64,000 nucleotides of DNA from Mustelus asterias (lineage: Eukaryota). A program made the translations under genes and the position numbers. The stretch is from contig NW_027590185.1 of NCBI RefSeq assembly GCF_964213995.1, positions 62,001 through 126,000 of the forward strand. The letters run 5' to 3'. The stretch's first letter is position 1. Each line of letters starts with the position of its first letter. Of this stretch, positions 61,322-64,000 are shown piece after piece. The notes under the pieces were generated by a model. That model searched no databases, had not been told where the DNA came from, and was given only the letters and a program-made list of their open reading frames with translations.

Positions 61322-61860
61322 GAGAATCCCTACAGTGCAGAAGGAGGCCATTCAGCCCAAAAGCACTGCACCGACTTGCCAACAGAGCATCCCACCCAGG
61401 CCCTATCCCATAACCCCATGTATTTATCTTGCTAATCTCTCTAACCTACACATCTTAGGACACTAAGGGACAATTTAGCATGGCCAACCTAACCTGTACA
61501 TCAAGGTAAAGGCAAAACACTGGATGCTGGAAACAGAAAATGCTGGAAAATCTCAGCAGGTCTGACAGCATCCGTGGAGAGAGAATAGAGGCAACATTGA
61601 GTCTGGATGACCAGTTCTGACAAAGGGTTATCCAGGCTTGAAACATTGGCTCTATTCTCTCTCCATAGATGCTGTCAGACCTGCTGAGACCCTCCTGCAT
61701 TTTCTGTTTTTTGTAACCTGTACATCTTTGGACTGTGGAAGGCAACAAGAGCAACTGGTAGAAACCCACGCAGGCAAGGGGGGAACATGCAAACTCCACA
61801 CTGTCACCCAAGGCCAGAATTAAATCCAGATCTTCTGTGTTGTGAGGCAGCAATGCTAAT
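61322..61860 (-). mobile_element. HE1 SINE interrupted by a Penelope-derived foldback (61503-61713, 13-bp TSD)
   Basis: TSD taacctgtacatc at 61490-61502 and 61714-61726; inverted arms 61531-61709. Confidence 0.8.
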
Positions 61861-62860
61861 GCATGATTTGTCACCATGTTGTTTAAGTGGACCAATGTTG
61901 TTTTGATGGCTGCCACTGTAAATGGCTGCCACTGTAAATTGAGCTCTATAGCATAGGTTCGCAAATGTATACTACATTCTGTAGAGATAAGAACTGCATA
62001 TACAAGAGAAAAGTTTACCTTTTAAATTGTTTCCTGGTATGTGGGTGTCAATGATAACACCAGCATTTGCCGCTGTTCCTAATTGCCCTCGAGAATGTAG
62101 CGGTGCGCCACTTTCTTGAACCACTGCAATCCTAAATACACCCACAGTGCAGTTAGGGAGAGGGTTCAGGATTTTAACCTAGTGACAATAAAGGGACTAT
62201 GATGTTGTTCAAGTCAGGATGATATATGGCTTGGTGAGGAAATCGCAGGTGGTGGTGCTCCCATGCATCTGCTGCTCTGCTTCTTCTAGCCAGTAGCGGC
62301 TGTGGGTTTGGGAGATGTTGGAAGGTGCACAGTGCTTCTATTGAGTTAATCAAATGGGGCCAAGCCTCAGGCATTTTTGTTGACGCACTCATCCAGACAC
62401 GCGGGGAGGCATTGCATATTTTTGACCTGTGTTTGTAGATGGTGGTAGGCGGTGAGGTAGTCACCACTTGACCTGCTCTTCCAGCCACAGTATTCATATA
62501 GCTGATCCAGGTACATATCTGATCAATAGTGACCCTCAGGATCATCTTGATGGTAGGGGAGTCAGTGTTGATAAGTCATTATTAATGGACAGTTATTATG
62601 TATATTGGTACACTGGAAGGGGCCTTTAACTCTTAAGTTTACAGGGAATAAAAAAAGCTTTAAAATTTCCAGCAATTGTCGCAATAGTATCACATATTAA
62701 TGATAGTCTCGCCTGGCTTCCGAATGTAATTTAGGGGCTCCGGGTCCAGGATCCTAACAGAAGGGATTCACTCACCCACCCTGTAAACACCCCCAGTTTC
62801 ATACTGAGTAGAAGAGACCTTAAAAATGCCCAGACTGTGGGAGCTGCTATAAAAGTTTTA

Positions 62861-63170
62861 TAGAATCTTTACATTGCAGAAGGGGGTCATTTGGCCCATT
62901 GAGTCTGACCACAATCCCGCCCAGGCCCTATTCCCCACACCCCACATATTTATCCTGCTAATTCCCCTGACACTCGGGCCAATTTAGCATGGCTAATCAA
63001 ACAAACCTGCACGTCTTTGGACTGTGGGAGGAAATTGGAGCACCCGGAGGAAACCCATGCACACATGGGGAGAATGTGCAAACTCCACAGAGACAGACGC
63101 AATGGGCAGAATTAAACCCAGATCCCTGGCGCTATGTGGCAGCAGTGCTAACCATTGTGTCACCGTGCCA
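62861..63170 (-). mobile_element. HE1-type SINE
   Basis: Antisense HE1 body from tagaatc to accattgtgtcaccgtgcc. Confidence 0.8.
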
Positions 63171-63619
63171 CCCCAAAATTGTGGATTACTAATGTCTCAT
63201 CAATGTTTTCACACTGATGAGAGACTGGGTTCAGGGGATCATTTCAACTCACTGTATACCAAGTTCACATTGGGGAGGGGCTGTTCACCTGCTTTGAGTT
63301 TGGGAAAATATTCACCGTTTTGAGGTGGGATTTGCAGTGTCTAGTTTTGGGGTCACTGTGGATAGTTTTCTCTGACTTACCGTTACCTGTTTAAAGATGA
63401 AGAAGGAGTTTTAAGAAGGACACAACAGTAACTCTCATCCTGTTCAACGTGAAACTAATCTCACTGTTAATTCCTCCTCAGTAACAATTTTAAACACAAA
63501 GTTTGCAGGCAGGATTGAAGTGGGGACTTTCTCCTGTAAAACTGCAGTGAGAAGGAGTGCCTGAGGGAAATGAGTGTGAATCCCCCAGCCCCGGACAGAG
63601 GGAACTGACCATCCATCTC

Positions 63620-64000
63620 CAGCTCTAATTCCAGTTTGAAAAGCAACCCTCTACCACCACCTTCTGTCTTCTACCAGCAAGCCAATTTTGTATTCAATTT
63701 TTGATTTGATTTATTATCACATGTATTAGTATACAGTGAAAAGTATTGTTTCTTGCACGCTGTACAAAGTATACCATTCATAGAGAAGGAAACGAGAGAG
63801 TGCAGAATGTAGTGTTAGTCATAGCGAGGGTGTAGAGAAAGATCAATTTAGTGCAAGGTAGGTCCATTTATAAGTCTGGCTAGTTCTCCATGGATCCCAT
63901 GTGATCTAACCTTAACTGGCCAGTCTACCATAGATACCTTGTCGAAGGCCTTGCTGAAGTCCATGTAGACAACATCTACTGCACCATCCTTATCTATTTG
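63620..64000 (-). mobile_element. CR1 fragment with a nested Rex1/Babar tail (63700-63880)
   Basis: ccttgtcgaaggccttgctgaagtccatgtagac encodes VYMDFSKAFDK on minus; Rex tail matches 18286-18470. Confidence 0.75.

Larger units (their letters stand above)
59321..62759 (+). mobile_element. Solo LTR (arms ~59321-59940 and ~62705-62759) with 4-bp TSD
   Basis: gaag|cgtgatga...ggatcctaaca|gaag; removing it restores the finger codons tgt ggg aag gga ttc act. Confidence 0.72.
59093..63320 (+). pseudogene. C2H2 ZNF pseudogene (Z11) split by a solo LTR with nested insertions and by an HE1 SINE
   Basis: Decayed fingers at 59093-59320, 62760-62860 and 63180-63320. Confidence 0.75.

Noticed and set aside
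21738-63170. tRNA genes
   Set aside because: A/B-box sequences are SINE heads continuing into SINE bodies; no complete cloverleaf seen.

Overview
Vertebrate nuclear DNA, most likely a cartilaginous fish (shark): it carries HE1-type and SacSINE1-type SINEs, HER1/CR1, L2, Rex1/Babar, Tx1 and Penelope relics. The window is a dense cluster of C2H2 zinc-finger (ZNF) genes whose finger arrays each lie in one exon: 8 open arrays of 7-13 fingers, 3 clearly disabled copies and one truncated stub. Eight loci form four head-to-head pairs around CpG-rich bidirectional promoters (NRF1/YY1/CRE/CCAAT motifs). No KRAB, SCAN or BTB domain is visible. A ~9-12 kb two-gene cassette is duplicated (about 3.7-12.55 kb and 47.1-59.1 kb); each copy has private minisatellite expansions and complementary deletions of a shared Copia-like LTR element that truncated the ZNF array. 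Most notable: (i) a family-wide 5' leader of fossil fingers with shared TGA codons, and turnover of the start codon just before an invariant 'WKCxDC' finger, including a 13-finger ORF with no Met at all; (ii) two ~200-bp foldback Penelope-derived elements with 13-14 bp target-site duplications and hammerhead-like cores; (iii) a near-invariant 42-codon upstream ORF in both cassette copies. Everything was read by eye. Repeat-family names come from recalled consensus features, not database searches, and repeat boundaries are approximate.
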